A program made the position numbers and the translations under genes. Positions 8,617 to 17,864 of a stretch of 64,000 nt of DNA are shown piece after piece. Numbering within the stretch: the first letter of the stretch is position 1; each line of letters starts with the position of its first letter. Where the stretch lies: IMG/VR virus record IMGVR_UViG_3300029957_000005, positions 1 through 64,000 of that record; one strand, 5' to 3'. The notes under the pieces are model-generated. The model worked only from the letters and a program-made list of their open reading frames with translations, had not been told where the DNA came from and searched no databases. The stretch is from a virus. Taxonomy: Duplodnaviria > Heunggongvirae > Uroviricota > Caudoviricetes.

Positions 8617-11118
8617 ATGAGTTTTCAATACCTAAATTTCTTCCAGCATCGCTCGGCAATCTGCCTCAAGTACATTGACCACACCGGCAAAGTCGGTTAC
8701 AGAACGGTCAAGAACTATACTCCTCCGGTCTTCATCCCTGCAGTGAATGGGTCGTCAATAGACGCTCATTCTATCTTTGGGGTTCCATTGACTCGTCTGT
8801 CAAAGAAAGAGTCGATCTATGAGACTAAAAATCTCATCAAAGAGATCGAAGGCGACAACTTCAAAGCATTCGGCTTCTCCAAAGTCGACTTCTCATACGT
8901 CTATGACACCTTCAAGGAACAGCAGCCGGACAACTCCAAGGTCATGATTCATCTATACGACATCGAGACCACGGTCGACCACGGAAAGCCGGACCCGATA
9001 GCAGCCAAGGAGGAGATCAACATGATCACCGTCCACTGCTCCAAGAGGAAGAAGTTCTTCTGCTTCTACTCCCACTCTGAGTCGATCGATCTTCCGGAGT
9101 TCAAGGGCAAGGCTGTCCTCTATCACTGCGAGAACGAGGAAGAGCTCCTCCGTCGATATCTGGACTGGCACGCGGCAGACTATCCGGACATCCTGGCTGG
9201 TTGGTTCTCAGAAGGCTTCGACCTTCCGTACATCCGCAATCGCATGCTCAAGATCCTCGGCGAGGACTCGGTCAACAAGCTGTCTCCGTTCGGAGTGGTC
9301 AAGATCAAGGAAGGCTTCGATGCCTTCGGTCAGTACATGAACGTGGACATCAAAGGCATCTCCTGCCTGGACTACAAAAAGCTCTATGAGAAGTTCATCA
9401 AGGAACCTCGTGAGTCCTACTCCCTGGACTACATCGCCAAGGTCGAGATCAAGGAAGAGAAGCTCAAGCACGAGTCCGGCATTCCGGGCCACCTTCTCTA
9501 TAAGACCAACTTCGAGGACGCTCTTCGATACAACATCCAGGACGTGGCACTCCTAGTCAATCTGGAAGGCAAGAAGCAGATTCTCGAGCTGGCTATCACC
9601 ATGGCCTATCTGTCCTTCTGTAACTTCCAGGACGTGCTCTCGAACATGCGGATCATCGACATGATGTTCTACATGTACCTCAAGGACCGAGGCATCTACT
9701 TCGAGTGGAACTACAATGCTCCAGCCAGATCTCCATTCGAAGGAGCAGCGGTCAAGGACGTTATCCCAGGCAAGTACAAGTGGATCGCCACCTTCGACGT
9801 GACCTCCGAGTATCCATCCTTGATCATGGCCATGAACATCTCACCGGAGACCATCTACAAGAAGAAGGTCCTTCCGATCACGGTCAAGGAGATCCTGGCC
9901 AAGAAGGCAGCAAGAGACTTCGCTCTCGAGAATGGAATGTCTCTGGCAGCCAATGGAGCCATGTTCTCTCGGAACAAGGAAGGGTTCATGTCGGCAGTCG
10001 TCCGAGAACTCTTCGCCCTGAGGCAGAAGTACAAGAAGCTCAAGGTCGAGGCAGAGAAGATCCATGATGAGGATCTGACCAAGCTCAACGACATGAAGAA
10101 CTTGGCCTACAAGCTGATTCTGAACTCGATCTACGGCGTCACCGGAAATCCATACTTCAGGTTCTTCGATCTCCTGATCGCCGAAGGCATCACCCTCTCC
10201 GGACAGGCTCTCATCGGATGGGTGACCCAGGACGTGAACAGAGCCCTGAGCAAGCTCACTGGAATCGAGAGAGATCGAGCCGTTTCGTCCGACACCGATG
10301 CTGCCTACTTCGATCTCACGGACGTGGTCGAGATGAAGTTCGGCAAGGAGTATGACGACGAGGAGGCCCTCAAGTGGGTGGTCTGGTTCTCTGACACCAA
10401 GATCAACAAGCTGATCGAGGAGTCCATCTCTCGCTTCGCAGAGTATCTGAACGTTCGTGACCCATCGGTCTTGGACATGAAGCGAGAGAACATCGCCGAC
10501 TCTTCGATCTTCATGGCCAAGAAGCGTTATGTGATGTCGGTCAGGAACAACGAAGGCGCCGAATACAAGAGAGGCGAGAAGCTCAAGAAGACAGGACATG
10601 AGATCGTCAAGAGCATCACTCCTCAGTACGTCAAGGATGCCATGGCCAAGTCCTTTGATGCTCTCTTGTTCGGTACTCCTCAGGACTACTACAACTCGGT
10701 GAACGAGTTCAGGACGAGCTTCATGAAGGCCGAGCCGGATACGGTGGCCAAGACGTCCTCGGTGAATGGAATCCAGGAGTATCTCGAGAGAGATGGGACG
10801 ATCCGAAAGGGCTGTCCGAAGCATTCAAGAGCGGCCATCAACTTCAACAAATACATCGAGAAGCTAGGTCTGGTCAACGAATACCCGGCCATCAAGGAGG
10901 GAGACAAGATCAGGTTCATCGGACTCAAGGAGCCGAACCCTATCAAGTCCTACACAATCGGATGGATCGGGAGCATGCCCAAGCCTCTCGAGGCACTGAG
11001 ACCGTACTTCGATTATGAGGATCAGTTCGAAGCTATCTTCCACAAGTCGATGCAGTCAGCCGCCACACCGTGTGGAATACCACCAGAAACGGATACATGC
11101 GAAAATCCGTTTCTCTAA
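8617..11118 (+). CDS. 43: family B DNA polymerase gp43
   Basis: Exo I YDIETT, motif KLILNSIYGVTGN (KxxxNSxYG), SSDTDAAYF (motif C-like). 833 aa. Confidence 0.95.
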   Translation: MSFQYLNFFQHRSAICLKYIDHTGKVGYRTVKNYTPPVFIPAVNGSSIDAHSIFGVPLTRLSKKESIYETKNLIKEIEGDNFKAFGFSKVDFSYVYDTFKEQQPDNSKVMIHLYDIETTVDHGKPDPIAAKEEINMITVHCSKRKKFFCFYSHSESIDLPEFKGKAVLYHCENEEELLRRYLDWHAADYPDILAGWFSEGFDLPYIRNRMLKILGEDSVNKLSPFGVVKIKEGFDAFGQYMNVDIKGISCLDYKKLYEKFIKEPRESYSLDYIAKVEIKEEKLKHESGIPGHLLYKTNFEDALRYNIQDVALLVNLEGKKQILELAITMAYLSFCNFQDVLSNMRIIDMMFYMYLKDRGIYFEWNYNAPARSPFEGAAVKDVIPGKYKWIATFDVTSEYPSLIMAMNISPETIYKKKVLPITVKEILAKKAARDFALENGMSLAANGAMFSRNKEGFMSAVVRELFALRQKYKKLKVEAEKIHDEDLTKLNDMKNLAYKLILNSIYGVTGNPYFRFFDLLIAEGITLSGQALIGWVTQDVNRALSKLTGIERDRAVSSDTDAAYFDLTDVVEMKFGKEYDDEEALKWVVWFSDTKINKLIEESISRFAEYLNVRDPSVLDMKRENIADSSIFMAKKRYVMSVRNNEGAEYKRGEKLKKTGHEIVKSITPQYVKDAMAKSFDALLFGTPQDYYNSVNEFRTSFMKAEPDTVAKTSSVNGIQEYLERDGTIRKGCPKHSRAAINFNKYIEKLGLVNEYPAIKEGDKIRFIGLKEPNPIKSYTIGWIGSMPKPLEALRPYFDYEDQFEAIFHKSMQSAATPCGIPPETDTCENPFL

Positions 11119-11128
11119 TTCAGTTCGA

Positions 11129-11347
11129 ATGGAGTATAATCAGAAGATGAACAAAGTATGGATCGTCGAGTTCCTCACAGAAGACGACGATGATCACTAC
11201 GCCTCGTTTGCTCAAGGTCCGAGCACCGAGGACGTCATAACTTACATCGGAGAGAACGACTGGCTTCTGGAAGAAATGGAAGCCGGCACCCTTGAGTGGA
11301 CGATCTTTCCGGTCGACTTCGTGGACAATAAGAAGGACGAAAATTGA
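11129..11347 (+). CDS. hypothetical acidic protein (72 aa)
   Basis: Internal ATG of ORF 11015, chosen after the polymerase stop. Overlaps the TTG start of uvsX. Confidence 0.4.
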   Translation: MEYNQKMNKVWIVEFLTEDDDDHYASFAQGPSTEDVITYIGENDWLLEEMEAGTLEWTIFPVDFVDNKKDEN

Positions 11348-12459
11348 GCGAATTTTTCAAGAAACTGGTCAAGCACAACAAAGAGTCAGCCTCGATCGAG
11401 GACTCTGAACTCTTCAACGAGCGAGATCTCACCGAACTGCCCGTCTACCTCCTGAACATCGCCTACTCGGGTCGTCTCCGTGGCGGACTAGGCTCCGGCC
11501 TGCACTTCTGGGCTGCTCCGTCCAAGCACTTCAAGACGCTAGCCGGTTTGATCTGCGTCGGCGCCTACCTCAAGAAGTATCCGGACGCCATCTGCTTCTT
11601 CTACGACTCCGAATTCGGTTCAACCCTGTCCTATTGGAAGTCAGCCGGCATCGACCTGTCTCGAGTTATTCACATCCCGATCAGGAACGTGGAGGACTTC
11701 AAGTTCGACATCGTCGGCAAGCTCGAGATGATGGTCGCCGAGAACGATGGGAAGAAGGAGAAGCAGAAGGCTATCATCTTCATCGACTCCATCGGCAACC
11801 TGGCGTCCAAGAAGGAAGTTCAGGATGCCATCGACGAGAAGTCCGTGGCTGATATGACCCGAGCCAAGGCACTCAAAGGCCTGTTCCGCATCATCACCCC
11901 GTACCTGACTCTCGAACAGATCCCGTGCGTAGCCGTCAACCACGTCTACTCCGAACAGGGCATGTTCCCGAAGACCATCATGTCCGGTGGAACGGGTGGT
12001 CAGTACTCGGCGACCAACATCTTCTTCATCTCCAAAGCCCAAGAGCGTGAGACCGATCCGGCCGACAAGAAGGAAAAGCTCTCCGGCTTCACCTTCAAGA
12101 TCAAGGCCGAGAAGTCTCGCTACGTCAAGGAGCAGTCCATCTTCCCGATGACTGTGAACTTCAAGGGAGGCATCTCCAAGTACACCGGCCTGCTCGACAT
12201 CGCCTGTGAGCTCGGATCGGTGACCAAGCCGAAGAATGCCTGGTACAAGCGTGAGATGTTCGATCCGTCCACCGGTGAAGTGATCGAGGACAAGCTCTGG
12301 AGAAAGAGCCAGTTGAACGCCGAATGGTGGGAGACCTTGTTCAAGCAGTCCGACTTCGAGAAGCGAGTCGAAGAGCGCTATCGTCTTCCGACCGCAGACA
12401 TCATCGCTGCGGACATCAAGGACTTCGACGACGGGGAAGAAGATGCATCCGAAGAATGA
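11344..12459 (+). CDS. uvsX: recombinase UvsX (RecA-like), TTG initiation codon
   Basis: MSEFFKKL...LFNERD aligns with T4 UvsX N-terminus from residue 1. Walker A GLHFWAAPSKHFKT, FIDSIGNLASKKE, MTRAKALKGLFR. First codon at 11344 is TTG and no in-frame ATG is nearby. Confidence 0.9.
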   Translation: MSEFFKKLVKHNKESASIEDSELFNERDLTELPVYLLNIAYSGRLRGGLGSGLHFWAAPSKHFKTLAGLICVGAYLKKYPDAICFFYDSEFGSTLSYWKSAGIDLSRVIHIPIRNVEDFKFDIVGKLEMMVAENDGKKEKQKAIIFIDSIGNLASKKEVQDAIDEKSVADMTRAKALKGLFRIITPYLTLEQIPCVAVNHVYSEQGMFPKTIMSGGTGGQYSATNIFFISKAQERETDPADKKEKLSGFTFKIKAEKSRYVKEQSIFPMTVNFKGGISKYTGLLDIACELGSVTKPKNAWYKREMFDPSTGEVIEDKLWRKSQLNAEWWETLFKQSDFEKRVEERYRLPTADIIAADIKDFDDGEEDASEE

Positions 12460-12793
12460 TCGTCCGGATGCCGAGTTCGACTACAACGTCAAGAGGGTGG
12501 TTGAGACCAACTTCCCTCTTGAGGTCACGGTAGACGAGAACCACTCCACCGGCTACTTCAAGATTACCTCGGCATTTCCACAATACGCCGGGGTGATCTT
12601 CAGGTACCAGAATGCCTCATACGATGAGGTCGCCAATCACATCTCCTTTTCGTACGAAATTCTGGTCAACGATAAGAACGCCGACATCGGCGCAAAACCG
12701 TTCAAAGACCTACTTTTCAATGTACTCCAGGTGATCTACCAGGTAGAATGTAATTACCTGCTTCACAAAGGACGTAATGACAACAATCAGTAA
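12443..12793 (+). CDS. hypothetical protein at the gene 40 position between uvsX and 41
   Basis: ORF track and synteny only. Confidence 0.5.
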   Translation: MHPKNDRPDAEFDYNVKRVVETNFPLEVTVDENHSTGYFKITSAFPQYAGVIFRYQNASYDEVANHISFSYEILVNDKNADIGAKPFKDLLFNVLQVIYQVECNYLLHKGRNDNNQ

Positions 12794-14180
12794 GCCGCAG
12801 ATCATTCTCAATGCACTGGTGCACCACAAGGAATTTGCTCGGGAAGTCATCCCATACATCAAGCCGGAATACTTCGAGACCGTAGCCGAACGAGTCGCCT
12901 TCGAAGAAATAGAAAGCTACACCTCGAAGTATTCCGAGACTCCTTCAGCACCAGAACTCCAGGTTGAAGTCCTCAAGAGGAAGGACTTCACTGAAGACCA
13001 AGAACAAGAATTCAAGGACCTCTACTCTACTCACCTCCTGCACAAGTACAAAGTAAAGCCGGAGTGGATCAGAACGACCACCGAGAAGTTCATCCAGGAT
13101 AGAGCAGTCTATCTGGCCCTGAACGAAGCCATCCAGATCTACGACGACAAGACCAAGAACAGAGATCAGATTCCGGACATTCTCCGGGATGCTCTATCGA
13201 TCTCATTCGACAAGAACCTCGGTCTGGACTACTTTGAGGATGCGGAGAAGTCCTGGGAGATGTACAACTCTTCCGAGAACCTGATCCCATTCAAGCTGGA
13301 CATCTTGAACAAGGCTACCGAAGGTGGCCTCCCGGTGAAGACTCTGAACATCTTCATGGGTGGTACCAACACCTTCAAGTCCGGCTTCCTCTGCGACCTA
13401 GCGGCCAACTATCTCCAGTCCGGGTTCGATGTCTTGTACATCACCCTCGAGATGGCCGAATGGAAGATCCGCGAGCGCATCGATGCAAATCTGATGAAGC
13501 TCAAGATTGGTGAAGTCAAGAGTCTCCTCAAGCCTCACTTCATCCAGAAGGTCGCCGATCTCAAGACTGCCGCATCCGGTCGTCTGAAGATCAAAGAATA
13601 CCCGATGACCTCGGCGAATGCCAATCACTTCAGAATCCTTCTGAAGGAGTTGGAGCTCAAGGAGAAATTCAAGCCTCAGATCATCATCGTCGACTACATC
13701 TCCATCTGTGCCTCAATCCGAGTCAAGGATCCGTCCAACCTCTACTCCTACAACAAGTCCATCGCTGAGGAGCTCCGAGGTCTGGCCCAGGAAACGGGCA
13801 CCCTGATGTGGTCGGCCATTCAGACCAACAGGTCCGGATTGGATGCATCGGACGTGTCTCTCGAGAACACCTCCGAGTCCATCGGTGTTCCTCAGTCAGT
13901 CGACGTCATGTGGGGCATCATCAACACAGAAGATCTGGAGAACAAGGGATTGATCATTCTCAAGCAGCTCAAGTCTCGAGCAGGCGACAAGTCCAAATAT
14001 CGACGAATGGTTCTCGGCATCGATCGATCCCGTATGACCATCTATGAGGTCGCTCAACAGCAGCCTGGAATGAACCTCAATCCGGAGGAAGAGTTCAAGG
14101 AACCGGATGGGGATGCCGCATTCGACAATACGAGCTTCGGCAAGGCCGAGAAGAAACAGATGGGGTTCAAGTTCAACTGA
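12777..14180 (+). CDS. 41: replicative DnaB-like helicase gp41
   Basis: Collinear with T4 gp41: KPEYFE, ALSISFD, PFKLDILNK, GFDVLYITLEMAE, IIIVDY. Confidence 0.9.
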   Translation: MTTISKPQIILNALVHHKEFAREVIPYIKPEYFETVAERVAFEEIESYTSKYSETPSAPELQVEVLKRKDFTEDQEQEFKDLYSTHLLHKYKVKPEWIRTTTEKFIQDRAVYLALNEAIQIYDDKTKNRDQIPDILRDALSISFDKNLGLDYFEDAEKSWEMYNSSENLIPFKLDILNKATEGGLPVKTLNIFMGGTNTFKSGFLCDLAANYLQSGFDVLYITLEMAEWKIRERIDANLMKLKIGEVKSLLKPHFIQKVADLKTAASGRLKIKEYPMTSANANHFRILLKELELKEKFKPQIIIVDYISICASIRVKDPSNLYSYNKSIAEELRGLAQETGTLMWSAIQTNRSGLDASDVSLENTSESIGVPQSVDVMWGIINTEDLENKGLIILKQLKSRAGDKSKYRRMVLGIDRSRMTIYEVAQQQPGMNLNPEEEFKEPDGDAAFDNTSFGKAEKKQMGFKFN

Positions 14181-15022
14181 TGAAGTACATCTCACCGTTC
14201 AAGTGGTCGGGCTCAAAGTCCAAGGAGGTCAAGAAGATCCGAGGTCTACTCGGACAGACCAACCTCCGGATCTGCGAACCGTTCATGGGCACCGGAGTGA
14301 TCACAGCCGTCTTCGGAGCCGATGGGTCCTGCTACGGGAACGATCTCAACCAGGACATCTGCAATCTCCTGGAGAACTTCAGATCACCGAGGTTCTTGGC
14401 TCACGTCACCCAGTACATGACCAAGGAGAACATGTCGTCTCACGACTACTTCTATGAGTTGAGAGCCAAGTTCAATCAGACCTCGTTCGAAAAGGGAGTG
14501 GACCGGGCAGCCATGTTCTTCTTCCTCCAGAACAACTCCCACTTCGGACTGTATCGTCTGAACCCAAAGGGCGAGTATACGTCCACCTGGCATTTCTTCG
14601 ATACGGAACCTAAGCTGGCTGAGCGATTGGCCTCCCTTGACGCCCTATCCGCCAAGCTCGTCTCCCTGGATAACCTGCCCTATCAGCAATACATCACCAT
14701 GTTCGGCAATCAGATCCAGAGCAAACTGGACCTCGTCTTCATGGATCCTCCGTACCTGAATGCGTCCCACAAGGACTATTCGGTCGGCAAGGGAGCATTC
14801 ACCATCGATGACTACAAGAGCCTGGACGATTGGGCAGGATACCTGGCAAAAAGCGGCGTCAAGTCCATAATTTGTAACTATTCTACACCCGACGATGATA
14901 TAATCTACTCTAATGCCGAAAGCATCGTGAAGTTCAAGTCCTCAAGATCAATGAGGCTCAACAACTTCATCGAAAGGGAGAGCATATACGTTCTCTACGG
15001 TTTCGGAAACTCACTACTCTGA
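14180..15022 (+). CDS. dam: DNA adenine methyltransferase (Dam family)
   Basis: Motif I EPFMGTG and motif IV DPPY; collinear with T4 Dam. Confidence 0.85.
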   Translation: MKYISPFKWSGSKSKEVKKIRGLLGQTNLRICEPFMGTGVITAVFGADGSCYGNDLNQDICNLLENFRSPRFLAHVTQYMTKENMSSHDYFYELRAKFNQTSFEKGVDRAAMFFFLQNNSHFGLYRLNPKGEYTSTWHFFDTEPKLAERLASLDALSAKLVSLDNLPYQQYITMFGNQIQSKLDLVFMDPPYLNASHKDYSVGKGAFTIDDYKSLDDWAGYLAKSGVKSIICNYSTPDDDIIYSNAESIVKFKSSRSMRLNNFIERESIYVLYGFGNSLL

Positions 15023-15031
15023 AAGCTTAGC

Positions 15032-15571
15032 ATGAACAACCCAGGAACAAGCCTCTCCTTTGAGGTAGCACCAAAAGACTACAATATCGGAAACGACTAT
15101 CAGGTCACGGACGGAACGATCACCTTCACTGCAGGTCCACTCAAGTATCGCTCCAAACTCGCAGACGATCTCCGTCAATTCCACCTCAAGTTTGGTTTCC
15201 ACAATGGCTGGCAGCCGACCATCCACAATCTGGACCAGAGAGCCGGAATGATGGAAGAAGAACTCTCCGAATATCGTGAAGCCCTGGCCGAGAGAGACAA
15301 AGTCAAGCTGGTCGATGCAGTGATCGATCTGATCTACTTCGCAGTCGGCACCTTGGATCTCCTGGACGTGGACTTCGACGGTCACTGGGATGCAGTCCAG
15401 TTGGCCAACATGCAGAAGGTCCGTGGAACCAAGTCCACTCGTCCGAATTCACTAGGCTTCGACTGCATCAAGCCTGAAGGATGGGTCGCACCAGAACGAG
15501 CACACGAAGCCATTCTCCGCGAGCAAGACTTCAACTTCGTCATTGAGCTACCTGCTCCGGTGGAGAACTAA
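15032..15571 (+). CDS. MazG-family all-alpha NTP pyrophosphohydrolase (gp56 dCTPase/dUTPase-like)
   Basis: EEELSEYREA...KLVDAVIDLIYFAVGT...WDAVQLANMQK, MazG/HisE-like acidic helix motifs. Location equivalent to T4 gene 56. Confidence 0.65.
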   Translation: MNNPGTSLSFEVAPKDYNIGNDYQVTDGTITFTAGPLKYRSKLADDLRQFHLKFGFHNGWQPTIHNLDQRAGMMEEELSEYREALAERDKVKLVDAVIDLIYFAVGTLDLLDVDFDGHWDAVQLANMQKVRGTKSTRPNSLGFDCIKPEGWVAPERAHEAILREQDFNFVIELPAPVEN

Positions 15572-15572
15572 G

Positions 15573-15929
15573 ATGCCCTTCAAGAATCAGGGATGGAGCA
15601 TCGAGGAAGGTCTTGCCTTCTGGAATGAACTCTATCCGAACGCCGCCCTCCCTGTAGAAATCTGGAACGAACTTTCGGACTACTACCATGTGATGAAGTC
15701 CATGCAGCAGCTCGTTCCGTACGTGACGAACTGCAAGGTCTCCAAGATCAACACCCACATCGAGGTCATCAAGGCCCTCCACGACGACGCAGTCACCGAG
15801 CTGGTCATTGAGAATGTGGTCGAAGAACTCCAGGACCTTCTCGATCAATCTGGTGTAGACTACGACCGAGACAACGTTGATCCCAACTATCTGAGGATTC
15901 AGATCATCAATGCCATCACCGGCCTATAG
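15573..15929 (+). CDS. hypothetical protein
   Basis: ATG 2 nt after preceding stop; C-ending codon bias. Confidence 0.5.
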   Translation: MPFKNQGWSIEEGLAFWNELYPNAALPVEIWNELSDYYHVMKSMQQLVPYVTNCKVSKINTHIEVIKALHDDAVTELVIENVVEELQDLLDQSGVDYDRDNVDPNYLRIQIINAITGL

Positions 15930-16434
15930 AACCGTCATCGTCGGCATCGCACCTGGAAAGGCTGGTCACGAAGGCCAGCCTCTCTCGGCGATTGCTCCAC
16001 AGAGCTCTGGTCGTAAGATCGCCGACATGATGGGAGTGTCGTGGTCTGCCTACATGCAGGCTTTCGACCGAGTCAACATCTGTCCTTTCCCACAGAAGGG
16101 AACGATCAAGGTCAAGGAGTGGCAGCCCGCCGCAGAGAACCTGGCCGGTTCCATTCTTCGTCAGAGGCGGGTCATCATGCTCGGCCCTAATGTTGCAGAG
16201 TGCTTCGGGATCAATCGAGCGGTCTACAACTTCGGAGACTGGAAGCTCAACAACTCTGCCATCAGAGGCATCGGTGGGTTCCGTATTGGAATGTCTATGC
16301 CATTTGATTGGATGGTCATTCCGCATCCGTCCGGCCGCAATCTCTGGTACAACAATGCCTACAACAAAGAACTGATCTCGAACCTCCTCAAGGACGAGTA
16401 CGAAAGGATGAAAAATGCGAATGGAATCACTTGA
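15910..16434 (+). CDS. uracil-DNA glycosylase superfamily protein
   Basis: Motif A-like VGIAPGKAGHEGQP and motif B-like VIPHPSGRNLWYNN (compare GxxPG and HPSPxN of UDG families 3-5). Confidence 0.55.
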   Translation: MPSPAYRTVIVGIAPGKAGHEGQPLSAIAPQSSGRKIADMMGVSWSAYMQAFDRVNICPFPQKGTIKVKEWQPAAENLAGSILRQRRVIMLGPNVAECFGINRAVYNFGDWKLNNSAIRGIGGFRIGMSMPFDWMVIPHPSGRNLWYNNAYNKELISNLLKDEYERMKNANGIT

Positions 16435-17008
16435 GAACACAAGAAAGAAGGCCGAAGGTCAGCTTGGAACTCTGAGAGAAGCTCTTGAGCTTCTGAGGTC
16501 CGGACGACTCTATCAACAGGATCTTCCACCGGATGCGGGAGCATACGATGGCAACGCTCCGGCAGATCTCAAATTCGAAATTCCGGCTGAAGCCTTCAAA
16601 AAGCCGGTCGGCTACGTTCGTCCTGGAGCCGCCTACCTTCTAGAGCGCTACGGCAATACTGTCATCTACTCCGAGAAGTTCGCCGGTCCTGATGACGTTC
16701 CTCTCTACGAAGAGTCCGATCGAACGGTTGACCTCGAACGCGAGAATGCCCGTCTTCGTCGCGAGAACGAAAAGTTGACCGAGTGGAAGCAAAATATCGT
16801 CCAGCTCTGCGTCGACCTCGGTGCAATGGTTCAGGACTGGACCGGCGGAGACACCAGCAAAGGGTTCGCCCACTACTTCATCAGCAGCCTATACACCCGA
16901 GCCGTCAAGGCTGAAGCCATGGCCGTCAAACCCGGTTGGCTCAACTTGTTCTTCGCCCTCCAGCAGGAAGAACGTAAGAGACAGGAATTCCCTCTCCGTG
17001 CCCATTAG
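16415..17008 (+). CDS. hypothetical protein; C-terminal ~60 aa may encode the missing ThyX N-terminus
   Basis: Continuous ORF with good codon bias and coiled-coil RENARLRRENEKLTEWK. From ATG 16826 (MVQDW..KGF..EERKRQEF) there is weak similarity to the ThyX N-terminal region. Confidence 0.45.
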   Translation: MRMESLENTRKKAEGQLGTLREALELLRSGRLYQQDLPPDAGAYDGNAPADLKFEIPAEAFKKPVGYVRPGAAYLLERYGNTVIYSEKFAGPDDVPLYEESDRTVDLERENARLRRENEKLTEWKQNIVQLCVDLGAMVQDWTGGDTSKGFAHYFISSLYTRAVKAEAMAVKPGWLNLFFALQQEERKRQEFPLRAH

Positions 17009-17852
17009 TGCCAAGATACTACTTCACTCCAAGACTCCTACCAATGACGAGATCTCGACCTGGGAACTACGCTATCCACGCTTCGTCCATGCTGAGTTCA
17101 TGACTCACCGAGTCTTCTCCAGGAACGCAGCTTCCTCGAGAGCGATCCCGACCATCAAGATGCTCAAGTCCATCCTCCAAGAGATGGCAATGCCTATCGA
17201 GTGGGGAGCAAACAATCCAGGCATGCAGTCCAAGTCCCTCCTCACCGGATGGAAGAAGTGGGCAGCTCGTACGATCTGGAAGGCAGCAGGCTATACAGCA
17301 GTTGGGTTCGCCTACCTGATGTACAAGTCCGGCGCTCACAAGCAGATCGTCAATCGAATCGTAGAGCCTTGGTCTTGGATCACCGTCCTGATGACGACCA
17401 CTCAATTGTCCAACTTCTTTGAGCTTCGTGCTCACAAGGACGCTCAACCAGAAATTCGTCATCTGGCCTATCGAATGCTCGAGACCTACAAAAACTCGAG
17501 GCCTACCACCCTGGCCAGGGGCGAGTGGCACATCCCATTCTCGGACAGCAAGAATTCTGTCTACATGGGGGAGGCCCTCAACGGACTCGAAAGTCTGGAC
17601 GATGCACTCTACAGCTCGGTGGCTCGGTGCGCTCGTGTCTCCTATCTGAACCACGATGGCAACAAGTCCACGGTCGAACAGGATCGTAAGCTAGCTTCTC
17701 AGCTGATTATGTCTCGTCCACTTCACGCCTCCCCGGCAGAACACCAGGCTCAGTACAATCCGGACGCTCCGAACCCGGGCAACCTTGTTGGACCGTTCGT
17801 TCAATTCCGCAAGGTTCTCGAAAAAAGAGTGTACAATCTGAAAGATCGGTGA
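17007..17852 (+). CDS. thyX: flavin-dependent thymidylate synthase ThyX; no canonical start, so frameshifted, recoded or a pseudogene
   Basis: ThyX signature FMTHRVFSRNAASSRA (RHRx7S-like) preceded by ELRYPRFVHAEF. Strong C-ending codon bias begins right after the frame-2 stop at 17006-17008. The in-frame upstream part 16821-17006 has junk composition. Confidence 0.6.
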   Translation, partial: SAKILLHSKTPTNDEISTWELRYPRFVHAEFMTHRVFSRNAASSRAIPTIKMLKSILQEMAMPIEWGANNPGMQSKSLLTGWKKWAARTIWKAAGYTAVGFAYLMYKSGAHKQIVNRIVEPWSWITVLMTTTQLSNFFELRAHKDAQPEIRHLAYRMLETYKNSRPTTLARGEWHIPFSDSKNSVYMGEALNGLESLDDALYSSVARCARVSYLNHDGNKSTVEQDRKLASQLIMSRPLHASPAEHQAQYNPDAPNPGNLVGPFVQFRKVLEKRVYNLKDR

Positions 17853-17864
17853 TAGATTAAAACC

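Noticed and set aside
9841-10824. 327-aa minus-strand ORF
   Set aside because: Lies antisense inside the DNA polymerase gene 43.
16821-17006. N-terminal extension of the ThyX ORF in frame 0 (MQWFRTGPAETPAKGSPTTSS...)
   Set aside because: Ser/Pro/Thr-rich junk composition. The alternative frame, which is ORF 16415..17008, carries the codon bias, so this stretch is not coding in frame 0.
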